Shown: in pieces, positions 1 through 9,880 of the stretch
How the letters are laid out: each line of letters starts with the position of its first letter
How positions within the stretch are numbered: position 1 is the first letter of the stretch
From: Calditrichia bacterium
GTDB taxonomy: Bacteria; Calditrichota; Calditrichia; RBG-13-44-9; J075
Direction: 5' to 3'
Assembly: GCA_050633245.1 (NCBI GenBank)
Contig: JBOEGD010000024.1
Coordinates: forward strand, 331,799 to 395,798
DNA: 64,000 nt
Program-made: the position numbers and the translations under genes
Notes under the pieces: model-generated
What the model was told of the DNA's origin: nothing
The model's input: only the letters and a program-made list of their open reading frames with translations
Databases searched by the model: none

Positions 1-5
1 AACAA

Positions 6-28
6 GTAACGTGGGTCTTGACCCACGC
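6..28 (+). repeat. REP-like palindrome, family A
   Basis: GTAA-CGTGGGTC-TT-GACCCACG-C; near-identical inverted copy at 2846-2868 and a variant at 12849-12871. Confidence 0.75.
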
Positions 29-139
29 TCACGCAAGACTCGCTAGAGCACAGAACACAGAACAGAAACGCGCGGGTGATTGGAAAACTTATGCTTTACT
101 GATCACCGATCACCGTAAACAAATTGAAATGATTTTGCA

Positions 140-1117
140 ATGACATTAAAACACAAACTTTCGATACTCCTTGTTTTTCTTCTGACTTTGGGCTGCAGTG
201 CTGAACAAACACCTGATCCGCAGAAAAAGATGCTGCCAACCTCCCCCTACCTCGTTGTTCTCGGTATTGCGCAGGACGCCGGCTACCCTCAGGCGAATTG
301 TAAAAAGGGATGCTGCGAGTCTGCCTGGGAGAATTCTGCGCTCAGACGCCATGCCAGTTGCATTGCCCTGGTCGACCCGCGTAGCGGTAAACGCTGGCTG
401 TTTGAAGCGACACCGGATATCAAAAATCAGTTGAGCATGCTGGACGATTGGACGGAAACATCATCACAAAATATTGTCGATGGCATTTTTCTCACCCATG
501 CCCATATTGGTCACTATACCGGACTGATGCACGTTGGACGAGAAGTAATGGGAACAACCAACCTTCCCGTTTTCGCCATGCCGCGGATGCGCAATTTTTT
601 GAGAACAAACGGGCCGTGGAGCCAGCTGGTAGAATTGCAGAATGTCCAGCTGAAGAACTTGCGGGCAGATTCCACAATCCAACTTGAAAAAGACCTTTCG
701 GTTACGCCAGTTCAGGTGCCGCATCGCGATGAATTTAGCGAAACGGTGGGGTTTATAATTCGCAGTGAACAACGTTCTGCTCTGTTTTTACCTGATATCG
801 ATAAGTGGGAAAAGTGGCAGCGAAACATTGAGGATATATTAAGAACAGTAGATGTCGCCTATGTGGATGCGACATTTTATGCCAACGGTGAAATTCCCGG
901 AAGAGATATGGCGTTGATACCGCATCCATTTGTAGAGGAAAGCATGAAGCGTTTTGCTATATTGCCAGATGACGAAAAAGAGAAGATCCATTTTATTCAT
1001 CTAAATCATACCAATCCGATGTTGCAGCCAAATAGCTCGGCCAGAAAGCAAGTTCTGTCCAATGGCTATGAGATTGCAGAAGAAGGGGAAATCTTTATAT
1101 TGATGAGTGATGAGTGA
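140..1117 (+). CDS. MBL-fold metallo-hydrolase, PqqB-like, lipoprotein signal
   Basis: VLGIAQDAGYPQANC N-terminal motif, THAHIGH metal motif, VPHRDE, HLNHTNP; lipobox-like TLGC. Confidence 0.85.
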   Translation: MTLKHKLSILLVFLLTLGCSAEQTPDPQKKMLPTSPYLVVLGIAQDAGYPQANCKKGCCESAWENSALRRHASCIALVDPRSGKRWLFEATPDIKNQLSMLDDWTETSSQNIVDGIFLTHAHIGHYTGLMHVGREVMGTTNLPVFAMPRMRNFLRTNGPWSQLVELQNVQLKNLRADSTIQLEKDLSVTPVQVPHRDEFSETVGFIIRSEQRSALFLPDIDKWEKWQRNIEDILRTVDVAYVDATFYANGEIPGRDMALIPHPFVEESMKRFAILPDDEKEKIHFIHLNHTNPMLQPNSSARKQVLSNGYEIAEEGEIFILMSDE

Positions 1118-1177
1118 TGAGTGATGAGTGATGAGTGAACACTGCTAATTGTCCATTGTCCATTGCCCATTGAAAGA
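1101..1177. repeat. 7-nt-phased tandem array (TGATGAG x5, then TGTCCAT-type units)
   Basis: 11 consecutive heptamers each starting with TG; supplies the stop codon of the upstream gene. Confidence 0.85.
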
Positions 1178-1203
1178 AGAAAATTTAGGATAAAAGTAGC
1201 ACC

Positions 1204-1956
1204 ATGATAGAAAGCCTTTGGGAAGATCATTACCGTGTGCGCAGCTATGAAGGCGGGCCGCAGGGTAAACTAAAATTCGTTACATTATGCGACTGGATGC
1301 AAGAATCCGGTTGGAAGCACGCCGAACATTTAGGTCTTGGACATACGTATTTATCTGGCCGGAACCTGGCTTGGGTGCTTTCGCGGATGTATATCCGAAT
1401 TGCTGAACTTCCGCGCTGGGGTGAAGCCGTAAAGCTGTTAACCTGGCCAAGTGGGCGCGATAAGCTATTTTGCTATCGTGACTATAGAGTACTGGATGTG
1501 AATGAAGCAGTTATCGTTGAAGCAACCACAACATGGTTTGTTATCGATATGTTGAAGCGTCGCCCGCAGCGAACGGATAGCTATTTCCCCGAGAATGTGC
1601 CTGAACCTCTTGCTTCTGTCTTGCCGGACCGTTTGCAAAAACTAGGCTCAAGGACTACTGAGAACGAAGCGGGCAGCTGGCCGGTGCGCTATCGGGATCT
1701 CGATATGAATTTACATGTAAATAACGTACGCTATATTGAGCGAATAATGGATAGCTTCCCAGCCGAATTTCAGCAGGAGCATCTGTTGAGTGAGTTTGAA
1801 ATAAATTATATTGCCGAAGCAATGGCCGGAAATTTTATCAATTCTTATACGGATAAACCAGTGGATAAAGACAGGCTGGAGTATGCTCATCGCCTTATGC
1901 GTCGGTGTGACGCGCTTGATTTATGCAAGGCCCGCACGGTTTGGCTTGAGCGATGA
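1204..1956 (+). CDS. acyl-ACP thioesterase
   Basis: Double hotdog pattern: VRSYE, WVLSR, TWPSG, RYRDLDMNLHVNNVRY. Confidence 0.9.
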   Translation: MIESLWEDHYRVRSYEGGPQGKLKFVTLCDWMQESGWKHAEHLGLGHTYLSGRNLAWVLSRMYIRIAELPRWGEAVKLLTWPSGRDKLFCYRDYRVLDVNEAVIVEATTTWFVIDMLKRRPQRTDSYFPENVPEPLASVLPDRLQKLGSRTTENEAGSWPVRYRDLDMNLHVNNVRYIERIMDSFPAEFQQEHLLSEFEINYIAEAMAGNFINSYTDKPVDKDRLEYAHRLMRRCDALDLCKARTVWLER

Positions 1957-1959
1957 TAA

Positions 1960-2057
1960 TTGCCCGGTTTTAATTGTCCATTGTCCATTGTTAAGTTTTA
2001 ATTTTCCATTTTCCATTTTCCAATAGTCACTGGCCAATGGTCATTTGTCAATTGCCA
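1960..2057. repeat. 7-nt-phased degenerate array
   Basis: 14 in-register heptamers (TTGTCCA, GTTTTAA, TTTTCCA, ATGGTCA and others). Confidence 0.8.
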
Positions 2058-2086
2058 TTAATTTCACCGATCACCGAGAGTAAAGA

Positions 2087-2821
2087 ATGAAACTCCTCAT
2101 TTTAGCGGCAATTGTCATCTGCATCAGCGCATGTCAATCAATAAAACCAACTTCTGCAAGTATTCTTGAGAACTGCTTACAGGCTCATGGATACAATCAT
2201 TTCATGGAGTTTGCTATTGACTTTACTTTTCGTGGAAAGCACTATTCACTGAAACGGCAGGGCGGAAAGTTTAGCTATACGCGACGCTTTTCGGACTCTA
2301 CGGGGGTGGTTATGGATGAATTGTCCAACGCTGGTTTTCGCCGGTTACTCAGTGGAGAGCAGCACTTTGTAGAAGAGAAACAGCAGCAGCGGCTAGCGAA
2401 CTCTCTAAATTCTGTGGCCTATTTTGCCCTGCTACCGTTCCCGCTCGCCGATCCCGCAGTGCAAAAGAGATTACTTGGTGAGACGACCATTCACGGCAAA
2501 TCGTTTTGGGAATTGGAAGTTTCATTTAAGGAAGAAGGTGGTGGAGAAGATTTTGAAGATGTTTTTATTTACTGGATTGATAAGGAAGATTTTCTCCTTA
2601 AATATTTAGCTTATCGTTTCCATACAAATGGCGGGGGAACCCGTTTTCGCGAGGCGTTTAACTTCCGGGAAAATAACGGTATTTTACTGTCCGATTATCG
2701 CAACTTTAAGTCGAACAATGTGGACATTAAGATTGCAGATTATGAAGACGCGTTCCAAAACGGACAGTTGACTCATGTGTCTGATATCCTGCTCGAAAAC
2801 CTTGTTGTCACGAAAAAGTAG
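2087..2821 (+). CDS. DUF6503-like lipoprotein
   Basis: Lipobox ISAC; YFALLPFPL.D, F.EEGGGEDFEDVFIYWI and GGTRFREA motifs recalled from this family. Confidence 0.7.
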   Translation: MKLLILAAIVICISACQSIKPTSASILENCLQAHGYNHFMEFAIDFTFRGKHYSLKRQGGKFSYTRRFSDSTGVVMDELSNAGFRRLLSGEQHFVEEKQQQRLANSLNSVAYFALLPFPLADPAVQKRLLGETTIHGKSFWELEVSFKEEGGGEDFEDVFIYWIDKEDFLLKYLAYRFHTNGGGTRFREAFNFRENNGILLSDYRNFKSNNVDIKIADYEDAFQNGQLTHVSDILLENLVVTKK

Positions 2822-2845
2822 TCCTGCACTGGTATTCTTGAATTT

Positions 2846-2868
2846 GCGTGGGTCATGACCCACGTTAC
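2846..2868 (-). repeat. REP-like palindrome, family A (inverted copy)
   Basis: GCGTGGGTCATGACCCACGTTAC is the reverse complement of 6-28 with one loop change. Confidence 0.75.
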
Positions 2869-2978
2869 TGTTCCCTGCTCACCGCTCATCATTCATTCCA
2901 CCAATGCACAACTTTCCCTGCAACCTTTTGATGGATTTTCCGTAGTGTACCAAGTATCCATAAATCGGAGCAAAGTGT

Positions 2979-3203
2979 ATGACATCCACGATACTGCATT
3001 ATTTTTCAATGCTTGTCAGTTCCGGAATTCAGGTTTTACTGAACACCTCTGATGTGCTTAGCTTCTTTTACGGCCTTGCGATTCCGGCAGGATCATCTTC
3101 TGTTGGAGCTAATGAACTGCTTTCGGGCTTTTTCTATCTGGTTATCGCAATTTTAGTCTATATCGGTATTCGCTTCTGGTTTAGCAGTCGAGAAGAAAGC
3201 TAG
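2979..3203 (+). CDS. small hypothetical membrane protein
   Basis: 74-aa ORF with C-terminal hydrophobic helix and upstream GGAG; fills the gap before argS. Confidence 0.45.
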   Translation: MTSTILHYFSMLVSSGIQVLLNTSDVLSFFYGLAIPAGSSSVGANELLSGFFYLVIAILVYIGIRFWFSSREES

Positions 3204-3342
3204 TCCCCCTCAATTTTTTCAAACCTTAAATCTTCCAAAACAGATTATATGCAAAAGTCGGTTTATCTGGCGATGAATCTTGCCTATATTGTGCATCTTG
3301 ATTAGGACAGTCTCAATATTGAATGGATGAAAAGGTCGGAAA

Positions 3343-5112
3343 ATGAAATCGCTACGAAAAAAATTGACCGCTATTGTCTCAAGTGCTTTTGAAACTGCTG
3401 GGTTTAGCCCAACTTTTGGTGGCGTTGAAGTTTCAAATCGCCCCGACCTTGGGCAATTTCAATGTAATGGTGCACTTCCTGCGGCGAAGGAGTATAAAAA
3501 AAATCCCAGGGAAATTGGTCAGTCTATCCTGGATATTCTAATTGAAAAAGATGAATTTTCCGAGGTATCTCTTGCCGGACCGGGTTTTATTAATCTAAAA
3601 CTGACGGATGAATACCTCTCTGAGCATATGCGTGAAGTGGTTACTGACGAACGTCTTGGTTGTTCTGTTGCTGAAGATCCACTTAAAATTATTATTGATT
3701 ACGGTGGTGCAAATATTGCCAAACCACTTCATGTAGGGCATCTTCGTGCTGCAATTATTGGTGAGTGCTTAAAGCGTTTGGCTCGTTTTCTTGGCCATGA
3801 TGTTACCGGTGATGTACATTTGGGTGACTGGGGTCTGCAAATGGGCATGGTCATTTCCGAGCTCCAACGTCGGGAACCCAATCTGCCTTATTTCGACTCG
3901 GCTTTTAGTGGCAGCTATCCCAAGGAATCGCCGGTAACGCCGCAAGATCTTGAAGAAATCTATCCGGCAGCTTCCGCCTTGGCAAAATCTGATGAAGCAG
4001 CGAAAGAAGCTGCTCGCCTAGCTACTTTTGAGCTACAGGAAGGGCGTAAAGGGTATCGCGCGCTTTGGCAGCATATTTTCGACGTATCGGTTGATGATCT
4101 CAAAACCGATTATTCAAAATTGAATATCGAATTTGACCTCTGGCTGGGTGAAAGTCATACTCAGGATCGTATACCTGCACTCATAGAAAAGTTAAAAGCC
4201 GACGGTTGGGCAAAGGAAAGCCGAGGTGCACTGGTTATCAATGTTGCCAGGGAAGATGACAATAAAGACATTCCTCCGCTGATGTTATTAAAAAGTGACG
4301 GTGCAGTTGTTTATGGCACAACCGATCTTGCAACTATCGAGCAGCGGGTAGAAGATTATAATCCCGATTTAGTACTCTATGTCGTCGATAAGCGCCAAAG
4401 TGATCACTTTGTGCAGGTGTTTCGCGGAGCCTACAAATCTGGTACTGCTCCGGAATCCCTCAAGCTTGAACATCTGGGTTTTGGAACGATGAATGGAAAA
4501 GATGGCAGTCCCTTCAAAACTCGCGAAGGTGGCGTTATGAAGTTGAAAGACTTGATTGCGATGGTCGCCGGAAAAGCACGTGAGCGTATGGAAGAGGCGG
4601 AAATCGGTAAGGAATATTCCGATGAAGAAAAAGATGATGTTGCGCGAATGATCGGTGTCGCTACACTAAAATATGCCGACCTGATGAATCAACCGACCAA
4701 AGACTATGTTTTTGACCTTGATCGTTTTTCTTCATTTGATGGACGAACAGGCCCCTATTTGCTATATACTTCCGTACGAATTAAATCCATTTTGCGTAAA
4801 GCTGAAGAGCGTGGATTTCATCCGGGAAGGCTTCATTTGCCAACCAGCGACGTTGAACGACAGTTAATGCTGAAGATATCAGAGCTTCCTGAGGTTCTGG
4901 CACTGGGATTCGAAAATAGGTTGCCGAATTATTTATGTGAATATGTTTACAACCTGGGTGTACATTTCAATCGATTTTATCATGAGCATCATATTCTGCG
5001 TGAAGAAGACAAGGCGAAGCGCGACGCATGGCTGACGCTCTCCCAAATGACCTTGTCAACACTAGTTTTAGTGATTGATTTGCTTGGTATTGAGGTTCCT
5101 GAGCGAATGTGA
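3343..5112 (+). CDS. argS: arginine--tRNA ligase
   Basis: N-terminal AGPGFIN, ANIAKPLHVGHLR (HIGH), GDWGLQMG, FKTREG, TGPYLLY. Confidence 0.97.
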   Translation: MKSLRKKLTAIVSSAFETAGFSPTFGGVEVSNRPDLGQFQCNGALPAAKEYKKNPREIGQSILDILIEKDEFSEVSLAGPGFINLKLTDEYLSEHMREVVTDERLGCSVAEDPLKIIIDYGGANIAKPLHVGHLRAAIIGECLKRLARFLGHDVTGDVHLGDWGLQMGMVISELQRREPNLPYFDSAFSGSYPKESPVTPQDLEEIYPAASALAKSDEAAKEAARLATFELQEGRKGYRALWQHIFDVSVDDLKTDYSKLNIEFDLWLGESHTQDRIPALIEKLKADGWAKESRGALVINVAREDDNKDIPPLMLLKSDGAVVYGTTDLATIEQRVEDYNPDLVLYVVDKRQSDHFVQVFRGAYKSGTAPESLKLEHLGFGTMNGKDGSPFKTREGGVMKLKDLIAMVAGKARERMEEAEIGKEYSDEEKDDVARMIGVATLKYADLMNQPTKDYVFDLDRFSSFDGRTGPYLLYTSVRIKSILRKAEERGFHPGRLHLPTSDVERQLMLKISELPEVLALGFENRLPNYLCEYVYNLGVHFNRFYHEHHILREEDKAKRDAWLTLSQMTLSTLVLVIDLLGIEVPERM

Positions 5113-5374
5113 TCGGATCCCTCCTGTTTTCTCCAAACTAATAAGGCCTAAGCGATACAGGCATTTTTTTTACGCATACAACCTTCATTCGGAATCGGTG
5201 TGAAGGCGATTTCCGCATATGTAAAATTTCCTTCAATACTGACATTCTGTTGCTTGTTCGCTTAGAAAAAAGTATAACATTCTTCTAATGCTGGCCTTTT
5301 GAACTCCGTTCATGGTAATTGACCCAGGCGCACTCATGCGCATGTTTTTTTGAACTCTCATACCAGGAGTGGCC

Positions 5375-5785
5375 ATGTTTCGGACACGGATGTTAACTCT
5401 TCTAATTACATTTCTCTTCTTTTTCTCGTCATGCAGCAATGATAGTCCATCAAGCCAGTCTGACGAGACGCTAAATAGTAGTGATGATCTTGAAGTTGCC
5501 GAAGACTTTAGCTTTCGCACCATTAATGATGTGGAAGTTAACCTACAGGTCCTGGGCTTCGATCAAATTCCACTTAAGGGTGTGCGTCTCACTTTGTTCG
5601 ACGGAAACCCGGCGGCAGATGGTCGCGAATTGTCAAATGGCGCGACAGATGAAAACGGTCTTTATGAAACTTCAGCTCAGATTAGTTCTTTCGTCACTGA
5701 ATTGTATTTGCAATCAAACTATGGCACAGTTGCAATTCCGGTAGAGGGAAGTCAGGTCAGTTTCATTCTTGAAACAATTCACTAA
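5375..5785 (+). CDS. lipoprotein resembling the N-terminal part of LruC-type proteins
   Basis: AGGAG RBS before ATG 5375; lipobox FSSC; DFSFRT followed by a small Ig-like beta domain. Confidence 0.7.
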   Translation: MFRTRMLTLLITFLFFFSSCSNDSPSSQSDETLNSSDDLEVAEDFSFRTINDVEVNLQVLGFDQIPLKGVRLTLFDGNPAADGRELSNGATDENGLYETSAQISSFVTELYLQSNYGTVAIPVEGSQVSFILETIH

Positions 5786-5804
5786 ACAGGGACATATCGT
5801 TTTC

Positions 5805-7769
5805 ATGGAGACAATAATGCAAATAAAAAACAATGCACCTAATAATCAGACTGTTCAGGTTGTTTGTGTAAAGAATAAAAGTTTCATCTGGAGCGCAGTA
5901 TTGATCTGGCTGTTTCTAATTGCTCTTCCGGCAAGTGCGACACACTTTCGCTACGGTCATATCACCTGGACAGAAGTTGGTGAAGATACGGTAGAATTTA
6001 CAGTAACAACAGCATGGCGTACTGCCTTCATCGGTAGCTACAACTTTTACTTTGGTGATGGATCACGCGTACCGGTCTATTCAAACGCTCAAACGCAACT
6101 CTTTACAGGTATGGATTTACAGGGTGAGTCTTATACAATTACTCAATACAAAACGAGAAGGGCATACCATTCGGAAGGACCATTCACTGCATACTTTAGC
6201 AGTTGTTGTCGTATTGGTAGTGTTTTAAATGCGAGCCATGCATCCTATCGAGTTGAAGCGATTGTCGATTTACGCGATGGAAATACCGGTTCTCCGGTAA
6301 GTAGTATGCCGGTTATTCTACAAATGCAGCAAGGGCAAACCAATACCGTTCCAATTCCTATTGCCGATCCGGATGGCGATTCATTTACGCTGCGTATGGC
6401 GACTGCTGCGGAATCAGGTGTACCGGGAGTTGCTTCTACACCGTCTCACTCGCTTGAGCTGGATGCTGATAACAATTTGGTTTGGAATACTGAAGAAACA
6501 AGTATTGGTCAAAAATATGCTGCTCAGGTACTAATCGAAGAAAACCACAGCGGCAATATTGGTAAAGTTGCCCTGGATTTTATCATCGAGATCGTTGGAA
6601 ATACGGCTAGCAACAGTTCGCCAACCTGCAATGGTACAACCGGTTTGAAAATTGTTCAGGCTCTGCAGCCGTTTAGTGCTGCATTTACAGCAGAAGATTC
6701 CGACGGTGACAGTATAACGGTTCAGGCCCTGGGGCTTCCCCCTGGCGCAACGATGACACCATCTTCAGGGTCAACAGGAAGTTCACCGCTTTCAGCATTG
6801 ATTGAGTGGACTCCCCAGACCTTTGATGTAGGCGTGGCATATGCTGTAACGGTAATTTTCGAAGACCCTGATGGACTGCAGTGTGTCTCGTCATTCTCCA
6901 TGCAGGTTCAGGCTCAGGATACGGACGGTGACGGAGTCCCGGATGATTCAGACGAATTTCCGAGCGATTCTACAAAAGCATTTATTTCTTATGGTCCGGC
7001 AAAGGATGTGTTTGCAACCATTGCATTCGAAGACAACTGGCCTGAACGAGGTGACTATGACTTTAATGACCTTGTTTTGGATTATAACTTTAAGTTGATT
7101 TCCAATGCCTCGAATGAATTGGTTGAATTGGAAGCCGATTTGGTTGTTAGAGCAGCAGGCGCAGCATTCCAAAATGGTTTTGGAATTCAGCTGCCATTTG
7201 CTCCCTCCGATGTTGCTGCAGTAACTGGAAGCAGGTTAACAGATGGCTATATAAATGTGGAGCCAAATGGTCTTGAGAGTGGTCAAAGTTTGGCGACGTT
7301 GATTATTTTTGATAACACAAACAATTTGCTTGGTGGTTCGATTGTTAATACAGATCCGTCAGAAGCCCCTATAGATCCAGTAGAGTTGGAAATAGTTATA
7401 ACGATGGCGAATCCAGTAGCGAATGCTCTTCTGGCTCCGCCGTTTAATCCGTTCCTAATTGTCAATAAAGAGCGGGGGCGTGAAGTGCACTTACCGGATA
7501 TGAAACCGACGGACCTTGCCGATGCTTCGCTTTTTGGCACTGGCGTAGATGACTCAAACATCAACGCTGGCCGAATTTACAGAACGGCACGGCACTTACC
7601 GTGGGCGATAAACGTGAACGAGAAGTGGGACTACCCGGTTGAGCGCGTAGATATTGTTGATGCACACTTGAAGTTCCCGGCTTGGGCACAGAGCTCCGGT
7701 GCGAATTTCCAGCAGTGGTATCAGAATAAAAATGGTTATCGAAACGCTACGAATATTTATAGTCGGTAA
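5805..7769 (+). CDS. secreted LruC/DUF4842-domain protein
   Basis: Signal peptide ending ASA/THFRYGHITW; DTDGDGVPD calcium motif; AFEDNWPERGDYDFNDLV, PFNPF, EVHLP, PWAI; start 5805 or 5817. Confidence 0.8.
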   Translation: METIMQIKNNAPNNQTVQVVCVKNKSFIWSAVLIWLFLIALPASATHFRYGHITWTEVGEDTVEFTVTTAWRTAFIGSYNFYFGDGSRVPVYSNAQTQLFTGMDLQGESYTITQYKTRRAYHSEGPFTAYFSSCCRIGSVLNASHASYRVEAIVDLRDGNTGSPVSSMPVILQMQQGQTNTVPIPIADPDGDSFTLRMATAAESGVPGVASTPSHSLELDADNNLVWNTEETSIGQKYAAQVLIEENHSGNIGKVALDFIIEIVGNTASNSSPTCNGTTGLKIVQALQPFSAAFTAEDSDGDSITVQALGLPPGATMTPSSGSTGSSPLSALIEWTPQTFDVGVAYAVTVIFEDPDGLQCVSSFSMQVQAQDTDGDGVPDDSDEFPSDSTKAFISYGPAKDVFATIAFEDNWPERGDYDFNDLVLDYNFKLISNASNELVELEADLVVRAAGAAFQNGFGIQLPFAPSDVAAVTGSRLTDGYINVEPNGLESGQSLATLIIFDNTNNLLGGSIVNTDPSEAPIDPVELEIVITMANPVANALLAPPFNPFLIVNKERGREVHLPDMKPTDLADASLFGTGVDDSNINAGRIYRTARHLPWAINVNEKWDYPVERVDIVDAHLKFPAWAQSSGANFQQWYQNKNGYRNATNIYSR

Positions 7770-7794
7770 ATGCTACATTTTTGTTGCTTTTTTT

Positions 7795-7832
7795 GCGGGC
7801 ACTTCTCGTTAGGTTAAATGAGAAGTGCTCGT
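7795..7832. terminator. hairpin downstream of the LruC gene
   Basis: GCGGGCACTTCTCGTT / AATGAGAAGTGCTCGT inverted repeat with G-U pairs. Confidence 0.55.
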
Positions 7833-7952
7833 GATGTTTCGGACTGCACGGCTTTTCTAATGCAAATGCAATAGCGCTGGACTCACTCTATGAAATTTAT
7901 TATTTTTCTCTCCCTAAAAGATCAGAAGCATTGATTATTCTCGAGGTAAGCC

Positions 7953-8768
7953 GTGGCGTATAATGTCCAAAACTTTGAACAAGATGTAGTTGAACGGAGC
8001 AAAAGCAAGCCGGTTCTTGTAGACTTCTGGGCAGAGTGGTGTGGGCCTTGCAAAGTGCTCGGACCAGTATTGGAAAAGTTGGCAGCAGAACATTCGGATC
8101 ACTGGGCATTTGCGAAGGTGAATACTGAAGACTTACCCGATATTGCTCAGCAGTATGGAATTCGCAGCATACCGAACGTAAAACTCTTTATTGATGGCGA
8201 AGTGCGAGATGAATTTACCGGTGCATTGCCGGAAAGCGCAATCCTTGACTGGCTGAAAAAGGCGCTTCCCAATGAAGCTGACAAGCAATTTTCTGAGGCG
8301 CGTGAGCTGTTATTAAATCAGCAACCGGAAGCCGCCGCCACTATTCTTGAAGACGTTTTAGAACAAGATCCTGCTCATCACCATGCCGCTTTGTTGTTAG
8401 CGCAAATGCATGTGTATAGCGAACCGGATAAAGCACTGGATTTGATTTTCGGTATCGAGGCAGACTCTCCCCACTATATACAAGTTGAAGGCGTCAGAAC
8501 CCTTGCCGGATTATTCCAGAAAATTTCTGATCCTGCACAGTTACCTGAAGCAGATGTGAAATCTATTTATATTGACGCGATCGAAAGGCTGCATTCCGGT
8601 GATGCAGAAGGGGCGCTGGAGAATTTTATAAGCGTTATTCGCACCAATCGGTATTATGATGACGATGGTGCGCGTCGGGCTTGCATTGGTATTTTCAAGC
8701 TTCTTGGTGAAGACCACCCGATTACACAGGAATATCGCTCATCATTTAGCAGCTCCCTCTATGCCTAA
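7953..8768 (+). CDS. thioredoxin-TPR chaperedoxin (CnoX/YbbN-like)
   Basis: VDFWAEWCGPC thioredoxin domain followed by TPR helices and a YbbN-like C-terminus. Confidence 0.9.
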   Translation: MAYNVQNFEQDVVERSKSKPVLVDFWAEWCGPCKVLGPVLEKLAAEHSDHWAFAKVNTEDLPDIAQQYGIRSIPNVKLFIDGEVRDEFTGALPESAILDWLKKALPNEADKQFSEARELLLNQQPEAAATILEDVLEQDPAHHHAALLLAQMHVYSEPDKALDLIFGIEADSPHYIQVEGVRTLAGLFQKISDPAQLPEADVKSIYIDAIERLHSGDAEGALENFISVIRTNRYYDDDGARRACIGIFKLLGEDHPITQEYRSSFSSSLYA

Positions 8769-8800
8769 AGAGAGATCAACTGATCCCAAGTTCAAACTTT

Positions 8801-9238
8801 GTGCACCTGAAAGGTTTATATTACGTGTCGGCACAGGTAATCCCCCTACTTAAACGATTCTCATTTGCAAATTGGGCCCAGATTGTGATCATTCTTCTAT
8901 TTTTTCTCGGCGTACGATTTGGTGAGCATTTACAGCGTCTGGCTGAAGACGGTATGCGCAATTACTCGTGGCTGCAAGGGCATTTTAGCGGATTCTGTTT
9001 CTCGGCGCAGTGGAGTGCTACAGCATTGCTGTTGAGTGAAGATACGCGTCTTAAGCGCGGCGTTTTTATAGTGCCCCTTTTGTTAAGTCTACACGAACTT
9101 TTTCCTATAATCGCACCATCTCAGGGAGTTGCTGATATTCAGGATGCGCTTTGTTATTTTGGTGGAACCACTCTGGTATGCCTTCTACATGAACGACTCA
9201 ATACCGGAGGAAAAATAGAGATTCTTTCCAAGCCCTGA
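8801..9238 (+). CDS. hypothetical membrane protein
   Basis: Several hydrophobic segments; start uncertain. Confidence 0.5.
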   Translation: MHLKGLYYVSAQVIPLLKRFSFANWAQIVIILLFFLGVRFGEHLQRLAEDGMRNYSWLQGHFSGFCFSAQWSATALLLSEDTRLKRGVFIVPLLLSLHELFPIIAPSQGVADIQDALCYFGGTTLVCLLHERLNTGGKIEILSKP

Positions 9239-9360
9239 TTGGTTTTAGGCAAATCCTCATGTATATTTTAATAACTTGACTCAACCCAGATTCCCCGGCC
9301 AATTACATATTTTACTCGTTCGCTTTTTTGTCGATAATGTTTTGACAATAAACGCACAGG

Positions 9361-9807
9361 ATGGAGCAATTTGCTATGCACGTGAACATGCAAACTATTC
9401 AAAAGCAATTCCGTATTCTCGGTATCTTGCTATTGACCGGCGGGATATGGTTTTCGTATGCAGCTGGATTATGGCGCGAATACTCGACAGGTGTGGTTGT
9501 TTGGCTACCGTGGGTACTGGCAATAATGCTTGTTTTTTGTGGAGTAGCCCTTCTCTTACGCAATGCGAAACAGCGGGCTCTTTTACTCGCTGCGAGTATG
9601 CTAATCGCTGCGTTTACCGGCTTTTGGGGAGCGCTGCTGGCTCCACCCGAATCTTTGGTGGTTGGCGGACTGGTCGATGGTTCAACTCATCAGGTATTTG
9701 CGGTGCGTATGATCTGCGGCGGTAGCGCGGTGGTTGCGCTCGCCGCATTCTTTCTAAGCATTCATCTTGGACAACGCGCGCCAGCGCGCAGCAGCGATTT
9801 TGCTTGA
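9361..9807 (+). CDS. hypothetical membrane protein (about 4 TM)
   Basis: Four hydrophobic helices; fits the intergenic gap. Confidence 0.6.
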   Translation: MEQFAMHVNMQTIQKQFRILGILLLTGGIWFSYAAGLWREYSTGVVVWLPWVLAIMLVFCGVALLLRNAKQRALLLAASMLIAAFTGFWGALLAPPESLVVGGLVDGSTHQVFAVRMICGGSAVVALAAFFLSIHLGQRAPARSSDFA

Positions 9808-9880
9808 AATTCAGCAACTGAAGAGCTAATATAAAAGTAAGCAGAGTATAATTTGTTCCTGTAAAGTTGAAAGGAAAATC

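Noticed and set aside
140-1117. pqqB / PQQ biosynthesis locus
   Set aside because: No pqqA, C, D or E in view, and the protein has a lipoprotein signal. It is a stand-alone PqqB-like hydrolase.
9276-9725. 149-aa alternative-frame ORF
   Set aside because: Overlaps 9361..9807, which has a coherent 4-TM pattern; this frame looks non-protein-like.
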